Of a DNA stretch of 64,000 bases, positions 28,033 through 37,836 are shown piece after piece. Within the stretch, counting starts at the first letter, position 1, and every line of letters starts with the position of its first letter. Under the pieces are notes generated by a model. That model made no database searches. It saw only the letters and a program-made list of their open reading frames with translations, and had not been told where the DNA came from. This DNA comes from Alkalispirochaeta sp. (lineage in GTDB: Bacteria > Spirochaetota > Spirochaetia > DSM-27196 > Alkalispirochaetaceae): NCBI GenBank assembly GCA_965601925.1, contig OZ271854.1, positions 1,952,001 through 2,016,000 of the forward strand. Direction: 5' to 3'. Both the position numbers and the translations under genes were made by a program.

Positions 28033-29013
28033 ATGTGTATGCGGCTCCTCGGCGCCGCGGTACTGGGAGTCGGTGCCGCGCTTTCCGCGGCGTGCAGTAC
28101 CACCTCTTCCGCCGAGCCGCACCGCGAGTATCAGGCGATGCGCGCCGAGCTCGCACCGCTACGATTCGACCGGGCTTCAACTACTCCGACGATTCGCTCG
28201 TGGTACGCCGAGTGTATCGCAGGCGTCGATGGCGCCCGACACGATACCGGGACGTTTCCTTCCCTCGACATGGATATGACGGCGCATGTGTTCTATCCCG
28301 GCGCCGGCGGTGCTCACGTCCGCGGCACCGTCGTCGTCGTACACGGCTATCTTGCCCATCCCATTCAACTCGCGTCACTCATTCGCGGCCTTGTGATCGA
28401 AGGCTATGTCGTGGTAGCTCCGGAACTTCCCGGACACGCATTGTCCGACGGCCCGCGCGGGGAGATCGACGACTTCTCAGAGTACGGCGTGTTTCTCGCC
28501 GATCTAATCGATTTCATCGACGGGCATCTTCCGCGACCGTGGCATGCGGTCGGCCATAGTACGGGTGCGACGGCGATCTACGAGTTCGTCCGCGACCACA
28601 CCGACCCCTTCGATGCCGTGGTGTTTGCCGCGCCTTTGGTGCGTTCACATCGCTTCGTCGTCTCGCGTGCGGCCCGGGCCTTCACGAGACCCTTCATCGA
28701 CACCGTAAGAACCGGCTACGACGATCCGCTTGGAATGGAGCGTATGCCTCTGTCGTGGTTCGATGCGCAGGTCGAGTGGAATGAGAGAAAAGAGCGCTTC
28801 GTGGCGTTGTCACGAACGGTGCTGGTGCTACAGGGCACCGATGATCGTGTCGTCGATTGGCGATACAATCGTGTGTTCCTAAGCCACGCGATACCTGCTC
28901 TCGAGTACGTGATGCTGGACGGGGCCGAGCATGTGATTTATCGCGGCGGATCGGAGATCGCGCGGTTCGCCGTCGATAGAACGATACGCCACATACGAGC
29001 GCACCCTCGATGA
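28033..29013 (+). CDS. Alpha/beta hydrolase (lysophospholipase-like), probable lipoprotein; start uncertain
   Basis: HGY, LPGHALS, GHSTG, QGTDDRVVD, AEH; lipobox-like LSAAC. Confidence 0.8.
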   Translation: MCMRLLGAAVLGVGAALSAACSTTSSAEPHREYQAMRAELAPLRFDRASTTPTIRSWYAECIAGVDGARHDTGTFPSLDMDMTAHVFYPGAGGAHVRGTVVVVHGYLAHPIQLASLIRGLVIEGYVVVAPELPGHALSDGPRGEIDDFSEYGVFLADLIDFIDGHLPRPWHAVGHSTGATAIYEFVRDHTDPFDAVVFAAPLVRSHRFVVSRAARAFTRPFIDTVRTGYDDPLGMERMPLSWFDAQVEWNERKERFVALSRTVLVLQGTDDRVVDWRYNRVFLSHAIPALEYVMLDGAEHVIYRGGSEIARFAVDRTIRHIRAHPR

Positions 29014-29870
29014 ACCTTCTTTCGGTGGTGATTCCGACGTGGAATCGGCGGACGTTGCTCCGCGAGGCGTTGGATTCGGTATCGGCGTGCCCGCTTCCCC
29101 GCGGTTGGACACTCGAGATAATCGTGGCCGACGACGGTAGCACCGACGGGACCGCCGAAATGGTGGAGGCGGACGCCCGCGCGGACCCGCGGGTCCGGTT
29201 GCTCGGTCTGCCGCACTGCGGACTTCCCGGCGCGGTGCGTAATCGCGGAGTTGAACGTGCGAAGGGCTCGGTGATCGCATTTCTCGACTCCGACGATATG
29301 TGGTTGCCCGGAAAGCTCATGCGTCAGCTTCCCCTCCACGAGTGTGAATCGGTAACACTCTCGCACACCCGGGAAGTGTGGATCCGTCGCGGGCGTGAGG
29401 TGTCGCAGGCCGGACAGCGTCATCGCCGCCGGGGCCGAGTCTTCTCCGACGCGCTGCGTAAGTGTATCATCGGCCCATCCACGGTGATGATCGACGCGGG
29501 TCTGTATAGGCACAGCGGCGGCTTTCGCGAGGATCTGGAGATCGCCGAGGACTATGAGTTTTGGCTTCGTCTCACCGCGATCGTGGAGGTCCATTACGTC
29601 GATGAGCCGCTCACCGAGAAGCGCGCCGGCGATTGGTCGCAACTTTCGCGGAAGTACCACCATATCGAAGGATTTCGAATAGACGGATTGAGGAATCTGG
29701 TCGATACCGGCTTCTTTTCCTCCCAATGCGACGACGCTGCGCAGCGTGCGGCAACGCGGGAGTTGGTGCGCAAAATGCGACTCTTCGCCGCCGGTGCGCG
29801 CAAGCGCGGACGGCTCGAGGAGGCCGCCGCATTGGAGAAAGAAGCTGATAAATACTTAGAATTGGAGTGA
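29010..29870 (+). CDS. Glycosyltransferase family 2
   Basis: SVVIPTWNR, DDGSTD, RNRG, FLDSDD, EDYEFWLR. Confidence 0.92.
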   Translation: MNLLSVVIPTWNRRTLLREALDSVSACPLPRGWTLEIIVADDGSTDGTAEMVEADARADPRVRLLGLPHCGLPGAVRNRGVERAKGSVIAFLDSDDMWLPGKLMRQLPLHECESVTLSHTREVWIRRGREVSQAGQRHRRRGRVFSDALRKCIIGPSTVMIDAGLYRHSGGFREDLEIAEDYEFWLRLTAIVEVHYVDEPLTEKRAGDWSQLSRKYHHIEGFRIDGLRNLVDTGFFSSQCDDAAQRAATRELVRKMRLFAAGARKRGRLEEAAALEKEADKYLELE

Positions 29871-29909
29871 TCTTTGACGACTATGCGCTATTGTGCTATG
29901 ATTGCGGTC

Positions 29910-30656
29910 ATGCGGCGCCGTCCGGCATACGGTACTGTTTTTCGTCTCGCCATGCTCGGTACGCTTCTCGGCGTGATCATGTTCTCCGGGTGCAGTGCGA
30001 ACCAGACGATCATTCTTGAAGAAGACGGCTCCGGCACGGCACTCGTAGAGATCGCTCTCGACCCCATATTCGAGGCCTATCTCACCGATCTCACCGCGAG
30101 CTTCGGCGGCGACGAGTCGGCCGTTCTCTTCGACATGGAGGCGATCCGGCGCTCGATCGTCGCTCAACCGGGGCTGAGTCTCGTGGGCCTGGATGCGCCG
30201 TCTCGGTCCACGTTGCGATTGGATCTGGCTTTCGATTCCGTCGATTCGTTGCTACGGTATCAAGGCCGACAAATGGGACTGTACCTCCGCTTTGAACGGA
30301 CCGAAAGCTTCAGGCGGCTCGCCGCGCGCATCGACCGCGAGGCGATCGATCACTTCGTTCGTATAGCCGGCATCGACCCGTTCGTGCGCGATTCCCTCAT
30401 GCCTCCGCCGGATGTTACCTCTGCGGTCGAGTATCGCGACTATCTCGCCTGGGCGTTGGAGGAGTATCGTCAAGATCGAGGATTGGACGTCGTGTTTCGA
30501 GAGAGTCGTGTGGTCACGGTAGTTTTTCCCGCAGGCTCGATCGTTCAAGTTCGAGGGGGCGATGTAAACACCGACGGAGTGCGGTTCGTTACGCCTCTGA
30601 TCGAGGCGGTGACCACTCCCGAACCGCTCATATACTCCCTCGTCTTCTCGCCGTAG
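29910..30656 (+). CDS. Hypothetical lipoprotein
   Basis: MRRR.. basic/hydrophobic signal ending MFSGC; TTGACG-17-TATGAT promoter 7 nt upstream. Confidence 0.75.
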   Translation: MRRRPAYGTVFRLAMLGTLLGVIMFSGCSANQTIILEEDGSGTALVEIALDPIFEAYLTDLTASFGGDESAVLFDMEAIRRSIVAQPGLSLVGLDAPSRSTLRLDLAFDSVDSLLRYQGRQMGLYLRFERTESFRRLAARIDREAIDHFVRIAGIDPFVRDSLMPPPDVTSAVEYRDYLAWALEEYRQDRGLDVVFRESRVVTVVFPAGSIVQVRGGDVNTDGVRFVTPLIEAVTTPEPLIYSLVFSP

Positions 30657-30704
30657 TCTCACGGGTTCCCGCAAGATACGTTGCGCGAACCCGTGACAAT
30701 CGCG

Positions 30705-31982
30705 CTACTTTTCCGAGAAACCGGCCATCTCGCGCATCTGATGTGCCGGTCCTTCGTCCAACTCGGGACTCTTGTGGACGATCGACTGCACTCCCGTAGC
30801 GAGCCCGTAGAGGTTGATGAAACCGGTGGCGTCGCCGTGGTTGTAGCTCGATTCGCCGAAACTCGCCAGATCTTCGATGTAGAGCGAGTACTTCGACCGG
30901 CGTCCGGCAATGATGACGTTCCCCTTGTACAGCACGACACGCACCGAGCCGGTCACGTATCGCGATGAAGCTTCCATATAGGCATCCATGCTTTCGCGAA
31001 AGTGGGTGAACCACTTGCCGGCGTACACGAGGTCGGCATATTTGAGGGCGAGTTGGTTTTTCATACTCAACGTATCGAAGTCGAGCGTCATCATTTCGAG
31101 CTCCCGGAGTGAGCGGAAAAGGATCGCTCCCGCCGGCGTTTCGTATACGCCCCGACTCTTCATACCGACCAAACGCGTCTCCACCAGATCGGCGCGACCG
31201 ATGCCGTTCTCACCCCCCACACGATTGAGCGCTTCCAGAATCTCAAGCTCCGAGAGTCTTTTCCCGTCGATTCCCACCGGGATACCCTTTTCGAAATCGA
31301 TGACGATTTCGGTTTCGGCGTCGGGAGCCTCTTGGGGAGACTTGGAAAGCTGAAACATATCGTCCTTGGGACGATTCCACGGGTTTTCCAGATCGCCGCC
31401 CTCATGACTCATGTGCCAGATGTTCCAGTCTCGCGAATAGATGTTCTGCTTGGAGATATTGCCGATCGCGATGTTGTGCTTCTGCGCGTATTCGATCGCG
31501 TCTTCGCGACTGTGGATGTCCCATACACGCCACGGAGCGATGACGTCGAGTTGCGGAGCGAGCGCCTTGTAAGTCAGCTCGAACCGAACCTGATCGTTGC
31601 CTTTCCCGGTACACCCGTGGGCAACTGCGTCGGCACCCTCCTGGAGCGCGACCTCGATTTGGTGCTTTGCCTGGAGCGGTCGCGCGATGGACGTACCGAG
31701 GAGGTATTTGCCCTCGTAAATCGCACCGGCTCGCAGCATGCGAAACAGGTAATCGCGCGCGAACTCCTCGCGTACGTCCCGGATAATGAGCTTGGACGCG
31801 CCGGAGTTGAGAGCCTTCTCCTCCATCCCGTCCCAGTCCTCGTCCTGTCCGACGTTCGTACAGATGCCGATTACGTCCGCTCCCTCGTAGTGCTCCTTGA
31901 GCCACGGTATGATGATCGAGGTATCCAGCCCGCCGGAGTAGGCGAGGCAGATTTTATTGATCTTCTTGTCGGTGGGTGTCAT
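30705..31982 (-). CDS. argG: Argininosuccinate synthase
   Basis: LAYSGGLDTS, HGCTGKGNDQVRFE, KSRGVYETP. Confidence 0.97.
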   Translation of the reverse strand: MTPTDKKINKICLAYSGGLDTSIIIPWLKEHYEGADVIGICTNVGQDEDWDGMEEKALNSGASKLIIRDVREEFARDYLFRMLRAGAIYEGKYLLGTSIARPLQAKHQIEVALQEGADAVAHGCTGKGNDQVRFELTYKALAPQLDVIAPWRVWDIHSREDAIEYAQKHNIAIGNISKQNIYSRDWNIWHMSHEGGDLENPWNRPKDDMFQLSKSPQEAPDAETEIVIDFEKGIPVGIDGKRLSELEILEALNRVGGENGIGRADLVETRLVGMKSRGVYETPAGAILFRSLRELEMMTLDFDTLSMKNQLALKYADLVYAGKWFTHFRESMDAYMEASSRYVTGSVRVVLYKGNVIIAGRRSKYSLYIEDLASFGESSYNHGDATGFINLYGLATGVQSIVHKSPELDEGPAHQMREMAGFSEK

Positions 31983-33217
31983 GTATGCCTCCTGGCGTTG
32001 ATCGATTCCAAAGTCTGTTCCAACAGGTGAAGACCGGCTCGCACCTCACGCGACGTGATTACCAACGGCGGTGCGATCCGAATTACATCGGCTCCGGACC
32101 GGAGAACGATGAGCCCGAGATCTCGTGCGACGTCGAGAATTTCCGGGTAGAGATCGGCCTGCCGATCTCCCAGAGCTATCTTGAGTCCCCGCAGCATTCC
32201 CAAGCCGCATACCCCCTCGACAAAGTCGAAGCGGTCGACGAGTAGCGACAGTCCTCGCTCCAGTTCACCGGCGCGCCGGCGAATCGTATCGAGAAACCCG
32301 TCGCGCGTCAGCCGTCCCAGAATGTGCAGGGCGGCTGCGGACGTCACCGGCCCGCCGCCGAAGGTCGTGCCGTGGTCGCCGGGGGCGATCTCGTCGTTTA
32401 CCACGGCGGGAATGAGCGTTGCCGACAACGGAAGCCCGCCGGCCAGCGGTTTGGAGAGGGTAATGATATCGGGGCGCAATCCGACGGCGGTGCTTCCGAA
32501 ATACTCGCCCAGGCGCCCCAGACCCGTTTGTATCTCGTCGGCGATCAACAGTACGCCGCGCTCCGCGCAGAGCGTATTGAGTCTGTCGACCATCTCCGGA
32601 GAGATGACGGTAAGCCCGCCTTCGCCCTGCACGACCTCTACGATTACCGCCGCGAACGTATCGTCCAGTATCTTCTCGAAAGAGTCGGGATCGTTAAACG
32701 GCGACGTCTCGAAGCCCGGTACCAACGGTTCGAACTTGCGGCGGTACGCCGGGTTGGGAGTTGCCGACAATGCACCCATCGTCCTGCCGTGAAATGCTCG
32801 ACCGAACGAAAGGATGCGGTGGTGTCCCGCGCCCTTCCGGGACAACGAGTACAGTCGCGCATACTTGATCGCCGCTTCGTTCGCCTCAGCGCCGCTGTTG
32901 CCGAAATGCACCGCCGCGAACGGTGCACGACCGACTCCCGCCGCGAGGTTCAGGAGACGTCGGCCCAGCTCGATCGCCGGAGGCGTCGCGTAGAGGTTGG
33001 AGACGTGGACCAACCGTCGCATCTGGCGTTCCACGATCCGCGCTAAGCGGCGGTTGCCGTATCCCAGAGCGTTGACGGCGATGCCCGAACCCATGTCGAG
33101 ATATCGGTTGCCGTTGGCGTCCCAGAGCCATACGCCCTTGCCGTGCGATAACTGGAGCACCTGTCGAGCGTAGTTTTTTGCAAACGGCGTATCGCCGGTG
33201 AGCGCTGCTTTTCCCAT
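31979..33217 (-). CDS. argD: Acetylornithine aminotransferase
   Basis: NSGAEANEAA, FHGRT, DEIQTG, LSKPLAGG (PLP Lys), HGTTFGG; arg operon context. Confidence 0.9.
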   Translation of the reverse strand: MGKAALTGDTPFAKNYARQVLQLSHGKGVWLWDANGNRYLDMGSGIAVNALGYGNRRLARIVERQMRRLVHVSNLYATPPAIELGRRLLNLAAGVGRAPFAAVHFGNSGAEANEAAIKYARLYSLSRKGAGHHRILSFGRAFHGRTMGALSATPNPAYRRKFEPLVPGFETSPFNDPDSFEKILDDTFAAVIVEVVQGEGGLTVISPEMVDRLNTLCAERGVLLIADEIQTGLGRLGEYFGSTAVGLRPDIITLSKPLAGGLPLSATLIPAVVNDEIAPGDHGTTFGGGPVTSAAALHILGRLTRDGFLDTIRRRAGELERGLSLLVDRFDFVEGVCGLGMLRGLKIALGDRQADLYPEILDVARDLGLIVLRSGADVIRIAPPLVITSREVRAGLHLLEQTLESINARRHT

Positions 33218-33237
33218 TGTGTGTGTCTCCAATCGGT

Positions 33238-34068
33238 TCAGCCGAGCGAGCCTTCGACCCCATCCTTCGCGGCGTGGACGCCGGCGGCGACGATCGACGT
33301 GCCGCGCCGTCCGTTCATGAGCCCCTCGAGGTCCCCGGCGTCACCGTAGTTGCCTATCGCTATCCTGCCAACCCCCGCCGAGAGGGCCGAGCGGCACGCA
33401 CGCAGCTTGGCCGCCATGCCGTCCCGCGCGACTCCGCCGGCTATCAACCGCTCTATCGCATCGCCGTCGACGGTCGCCAGCGTATCGCCGGACTCGTCGA
33501 GGACGCCGGGAATGTCCGAGAGAAAGCAGAGCGTCGTCGCCTCTCCGCGGCCGGAGAGCGCCTCGGCGATCGCCTGGGCGGCGTCGTCGGCGTTGATGTT
33601 GACCGCCTCGCCGTCCTCCTCCGCGATACCGACACTCGCGACGATCGGAAGAAATCCCGCGTCCCGAACGGCCTTGAGCGCATCCAGGCGAACGCGGTGC
33701 GGGACGGCGGTGCGGCTGGCCGCCGCCTTCGCAGCGGTGATCCGTCGTCCGCGCAAGAGTCCTCCGTCGGCTCCTGTGATGCCGATCGCCGATACTCCGT
33801 GTCGCTCTGCGAGTCGAACCAACTCGGTATTGACGCGTCCCGCGAGGATCATGTCTACGACCGCCATTTCATCCTCGCCGGTGATCCGTATACCATCGAC
33901 AAAATGCGGATCGATTCCCAATCGACGACTCATATCGTTGACCGCCTTTCCTCCGCCGTGGACGAGAACCGTCCGTTCCGGCCGCTTTGCGAGCTCGACG
34001 ATAAGGGCGGCGGTGAGGCGGTCATCGAGCGCGACGGCTCCGCCGATCTTCACGACGAGATAACTCAC
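33238..34068 (-). CDS. argB: Acetylglutamate kinase
   Basis: VVKIGG, VHGGG, NINAD, GMAAK; GTG 34068 overlaps the argC stop. Confidence 0.92.
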   Translation of the reverse strand: MSYLVVKIGGAVALDDRLTAALIVELAKRPERTVLVHGGGKAVNDMSRRLGIDPHFVDGIRITGEDEMAVVDMILAGRVNTELVRLAERHGVSAIGITGADGGLLRGRRITAAKAAASRTAVPHRVRLDALKAVRDAGFLPIVASVGIAEEDGEAVNINADDAAQAIAEALSGRGEATTLCFLSDIPGVLDESGDTLATVDGDAIERLIAGGVARDGMAAKLRACRSALSAGVGRIAIGNYGDAGDLEGLMNGRRGTSIVAAGVHAAKDGVEGSLG

Positions 34069-35096
34069 AGTTCCGTCCCGTGTGCGAGGCCCGCGGTCTC
34101 GGGCAGGGAGAAGCGGATGTTCATGTTTTGCACGGCTTGTCCCGAGGCGCCTTTCCAGAGATTGTCTATCACGGACATGAGGATGAGGCATCCCTTCTCC
34201 TCTCTCCAGCCGATGCGAATCCGGTTGGTGCCGCGGACGTGGCGCGACTCCGGCGGCGTTTCGCCGGTAAACTCGACAAACGGCTCATCGTCCCACGCGG
34301 AGCGGAGAGCATCTATCGCGGGGCGCGGTGAGTCGGTCGGTACGACGGTCGTGACCGCCATGCCTTGTTTGATCGGCACGAGGTGAGGATTGAAGATAAT
34401 CACGTGACCCTCGGTGCCGCGCGCGAGATCGAGCTTTTCGGCGATCTCCGCGCCGTGGCGATGCTGAGTACCCACCGAGTAAGCGTTGGCATTTTCGCTC
34501 CGCTCGGCAAAGAGGAGGTTGCGCTTCTCGGTGCGCCCCGCGCCGGAGATTCCGCTCAACGCGTTCACCACCACCGTCCCGGCTATGAGCCCCGCGCGGG
34601 CGATGGGCAAGAGCGGAAGAAGCGTCGCGGTCGGGTAGCATCCCGGATTTGCTATGAGCTTCGCGTCGGCGATCTGCGCTCGATACCATTCGCTCAACCC
34701 GTAGACCGCGCTCCGTTGAAACTCCGGAAGCGGTGCATCGGCGCCGTAGGCGTCCCGAAATCGGTGCGGATCGTCGAAACGGAAATCCGCCGACAGGTCA
34801 ACGACGGGCACCGAACCGAGTATCGGCGCACAGACCGTCGCCGACGCTCCGTGGGGCAGTGCGGAAAAGACCACGTCGCCGGGGTCCTGAAGAGCCTCCT
34901 CGGGATTCAAAACGGTCGGTGCGAATCGGCCTCCGTCGTTGCTCGAAACGAAGAGGCCGGGGTCGGCCTCCTCTACGGCGACTCCCGCGAGACTCCGGCT
35001 CGAAGCGACGATGCGAGTGATATGGGGATGCCGTGCCAGAATGCGTATGAGAAGCATTCCGGCGTAACCGTTTGCGCCGAGTACTGTCGCTTTCAT
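34065..35096 (-). CDS. argC: N-acetyl-gamma-glutamyl-phosphate reductase
   Basis: GANGYAG, DLSADFR, NPGCYPT, SGISGAG, DNLWKGASGQAVQN. Confidence 0.96.
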   Translation of the reverse strand: MKATVLGANGYAGMLLIRILARHPHITRIVASSRSLAGVAVEEADPGLFVSSNDGGRFAPTVLNPEEALQDPGDVVFSALPHGASATVCAPILGSVPVVDLSADFRFDDPHRFRDAYGADAPLPEFQRSAVYGLSEWYRAQIADAKLIANPGCYPTATLLPLLPIARAGLIAGTVVVNALSGISGAGRTEKRNLLFAERSENANAYSVGTQHRHGAEIAEKLDLARGTEGHVIIFNPHLVPIKQGMAVTTVVPTDSPRPAIDALRSAWDDEPFVEFTGETPPESRHVRGTNRIRIGWREEKGCLILMSVIDNLWKGASGQAVQNMNIRFSLPETAGLAHGTEL

Positions 35097-35566
35097 TAGT
35101 CTTCAAATTCGGGTACGCGTTCGCGTAGCTGTTCCAAGAACGCCTCCCGGGCAATATCCTCCCGGAGGGCCACCAACACGGTATCGTTACCGGCCACCGT
35201 ACCGAGTACTGCGTCTATGTTCAAGTTATCGATTGCGATCGCAACGCTGTCGGCGTGGCCGTTGAGCGTTCGGATAACGGCCATCGATGTGGTGAAATCG
35301 AGCGAAACGTACCCGCGAGCGAAGTCTTGTGCGAAATTTCGCTCTTGCTCGCGACGAATCTCCTCGCTCGGAAGGCTGTAAAAGTACCCTTCGCTGCCGA
35401 TTGCCTGCTTGCCGACCTTCAATAGCTTCAAATCGCGCGAGAGAGTGGCTTGTGTGACGTGGTAGCCCTCTCGTTCTAAGCGGCGCAGGAGCCGCTCCTG
35501 GCTCTCTATGCGTTCGCCCTTGATGATCTTTTTTATGATTTTCAGGCGCTGTTGGCGTTCACGCAC
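35096..35566 (-). CDS. argR: Arginine repressor
   Basis: TQATLSRDL HTH and GTVAGNDT arginine-binding motif. Confidence 0.95.
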   Translation of the reverse strand: MRERQQRLKIIKKIIKGERIESQERLLRRLEREGYHVTQATLSRDLKLLKVGKQAIGSEGYFYSLPSEEIRREQERNFAQDFARGYVSLDFTTSMAVIRTLNGHADSVAIAIDNLNIDAVLGTVAGNDTVLVALREDIAREAFLEQLRERVPEFED

Positions 35567-35581
35567 CGTGTATCCCTCTTT

Positions 35582-35639
35582 TACGCATATTTATGCTGAA
35601 CCGCGGCAAAAAGTTACGTCATCATTGTGAGAGTTTCAA
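35582..35639 (-). promoter_or_regulatory. arg operon promoter with a downstream ARG-box-like operator
   Basis: TTGAAA (35639-35634), 17 nt, TAACTT (35616-35611); palindrome CAGCATAAATATGCGT (35598-35583) resembles the ArgR box. Confidence 0.7.
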
Positions 35640-35701
35640 CTGCATCGAATGAACATTGCTCGATCCTCGGGGAGCGATTACACTCCCTGTGAAGGACCGG
35701 C

Positions 35702-37054
35702 ATGGATCAAAACGGCTTAGTCGAGTTGTCCGTCAGTGAAGACTATATGATCGCGTACGGAGATTTCCTGCCTCCCTCGGGCGACGGTGCGCCGCTCGCG
35801 GTGGACTATGTGGACTCCATCCTGGAATCGGACGGCATCATCCACGGTATCGATGAAGCGGCGATCGCGGAGGCGGTCTTGTTCGCCAATACCGAGCGGC
35901 GGGCGAAAAGGGGCGTCGTCGTCGCCCGGGGAACGGCTCCAAAGTCGGCGCGGCCCTCATTTTATCGCGTACTGGAAGAGAGCCCGACTCGCCTCAAAGC
36001 CATGGAGGACGCTCAACGAGTCGACCATAAAGGGCTGAGCCGCATACCGATCGTGCACGCCGGCGATATCATCGCCCGGTTGGTTCCCGCCGAGGAAGGA
36101 GTTCCCGGCATGACGATTCGCGGCGACGAGGTACCGTTCGAGACGATTGCTATCGATATGCTCTCTCCGGGTAAGAATACGCACGTTGCGAATGCCGCCG
36201 TGGTCGCCGAGGTCGGCGGGTTGTTAATGAAACGGGACGGACGGTTCTTCGTGGAAGATCGTCTCGAGATTACCGGCGACGTGGGCTACGGTACCGGTAG
36301 CATCGAGTTTCCCGGCGACGTGGTGCTCAAAGGCGAGATCAAAGACGGTTTTCACGTCTGGGCGGGCGGTTCCGTACAATCGTCGGTGACCGTCGACGTG
36401 TCCGAGATTTACTGCCGCGACGAGTTCGCCTCCACCGGTGGATTGGTGGGACGCGGAAAGGCGCTGCTCCGCTGCGGGGGGAAGGTGCAAGTGCGTTTCG
36501 TCGGAAACTGCCACGTCGAGAGTATGTCGTCGGTGTATGTGAAGCAATACGTGTATCACAGCCACATCGGATGTCAGGATCGTTTCGCGACCGGCAAGAA
36601 AGGTCAAATCATCGGCGGCGTCGTCACCGCCGTAAATGGCCTGCGATGCGCCACGTTGGGCAACGACGCGAACATCCCGACCCTCATCAGGGTGGGAATC
36701 GATTTCATCATCGAGCGCAAACTGAGCCTCATAAAGGAGAAGTTCATAGCTCTGAAGGTGCGTACTCAAAAACTCATCGACCATCTCGGCGATGATCCGA
36801 CGGACCGTCAAATCGACATCCTTCAGAAGCTCGAAGAGGGCCGTAACCTGCTGGCGACCCAAATGGGTGAACTCGCCTCCGCCCTGGATACCAACGAAGA
36901 GGCGGAGGTGATCGTCGACGGCGCGGTCTATCCCGGTGTTCAGGTTCAGATCTGCCGGGCAAGCTACACGGTCGTCGGCGAGCTGAGCCATGTGCGATTC
37001 GTTCTGGAGAAGAGCACCGGGCGCATCGTTCCTAAACCGTTGGACGGTCAATGA
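35702..37054 (+). CDS. FapA/DUF342 family protein
   Basis: GIIHGIDE, VVARGTAP, GDVGYGTGSIEFPGDV, IIGG, coiled coil, VYPGV. Confidence 0.85.
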   Translation: MDQNGLVELSVSEDYMIAYGDFLPPSGDGAPLAVDYVDSILESDGIIHGIDEAAIAEAVLFANTERRAKRGVVVARGTAPKSARPSFYRVLEESPTRLKAMEDAQRVDHKGLSRIPIVHAGDIIARLVPAEEGVPGMTIRGDEVPFETIAIDMLSPGKNTHVANAAVVAEVGGLLMKRDGRFFVEDRLEITGDVGYGTGSIEFPGDVVLKGEIKDGFHVWAGGSVQSSVTVDVSEIYCRDEFASTGGLVGRGKALLRCGGKVQVRFVGNCHVESMSSVYVKQYVYHSHIGCQDRFATGKKGQIIGGVVTAVNGLRCATLGNDANIPTLIRVGIDFIIERKLSLIKEKFIALKVRTQKLIDHLGDDPTDRQIDILQKLEEGRNLLATQMGELASALDTNEEAEVIVDGAVYPGVQVQICRASYTVVGELSHVRFVLEKSTGRIVPKPLDGQ

Positions 37055-37836
37055 GCGCGGTGGACCGCCTACGCTCGGCCGATGCGGCGCCTTCGCCCTG
37101 GCCCGAGCTCTTTTTCCCCGCCCTCGACTCTACCATGGACGAGGCTCGACGCTTCACGGCCCGTGCCGGGGCGGAACGAGACGCCTTCCGTGTTCGCAGT
37201 GCGCTCCAATGGCGCGGCCGCGGGCGTCGCGGGCGCGCGTGGTTCGATCGCCCCGGTGAGGCGATCCTGACTACCCTCGCGATCCGACGACGAGGAGTCT
37301 TCGATCCCGGAGACGCCAACCCCGGCACGCTTGCCCTTCGAATCGGCGCGGCCGTGCTGGAGGTCGTCCGAGGCAAGGTGACGCGAAACGATGTTTGCAT
37401 CAAATGGCCCAACGATATTCTCGTCGAAGGCCGTAAGCTGTGCGGTATACTCGTCGAGGCCGATGCACGCTGGTTTCTCGTGGGAATCGGAATCAACGGG
37501 ATGGCTCCCGTCCGGTCGCGGTTCGCCGTTTCCGTACACGACGAGGCGGCGAACCCGGTCTCGTTGCGGGAACTCGGATGGCGCGGTGGGTATCACGAAC
37601 TGCTGTCGATGCTGGACGCCTCAATTGCACACTTCCTCGCCGGATCCGCGTGGCACTCGGTCGTTTCCGACCATCTGTCGTGGCGTGGGGAGAGAGTTGT
37701 CGTCGCCGACGAACATAACGAAGTATCGGGTGTCGTCGCGAGGATCGACCGAGACGGCTCGCTGGTGCTCGATACGACCGATGGAGCCGTGCGCGTCGTC
37801 AGCGGGACGGTTCGGAGAGCACGGACGCCGTCCTGA
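37051..37836 (+). CDS. birA: Biotin-[acetyl-CoA carboxylase] ligase (no HTH)
   Basis: DSTMD, QWRGRGRRGRAW, IKWPNDI, KLCGILVE. Confidence 0.9.
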   Translation: MSAVDRLRSADAAPSPWPELFFPALDSTMDEARRFTARAGAERDAFRVRSALQWRGRGRRGRAWFDRPGEAILTTLAIRRRGVFDPGDANPGTLALRIGAAVLEVVRGKVTRNDVCIKWPNDILVEGRKLCGILVEADARWFLVGIGINGMAPVRSRFAVSVHDEAANPVSLRELGWRGGYHELLSMLDASIAHFLAGSAWHSVVSDHLSWRGERVVVADEHNEVSGVVARIDRDGSLVLDTTDGAVRVVSGTVRRARTPS

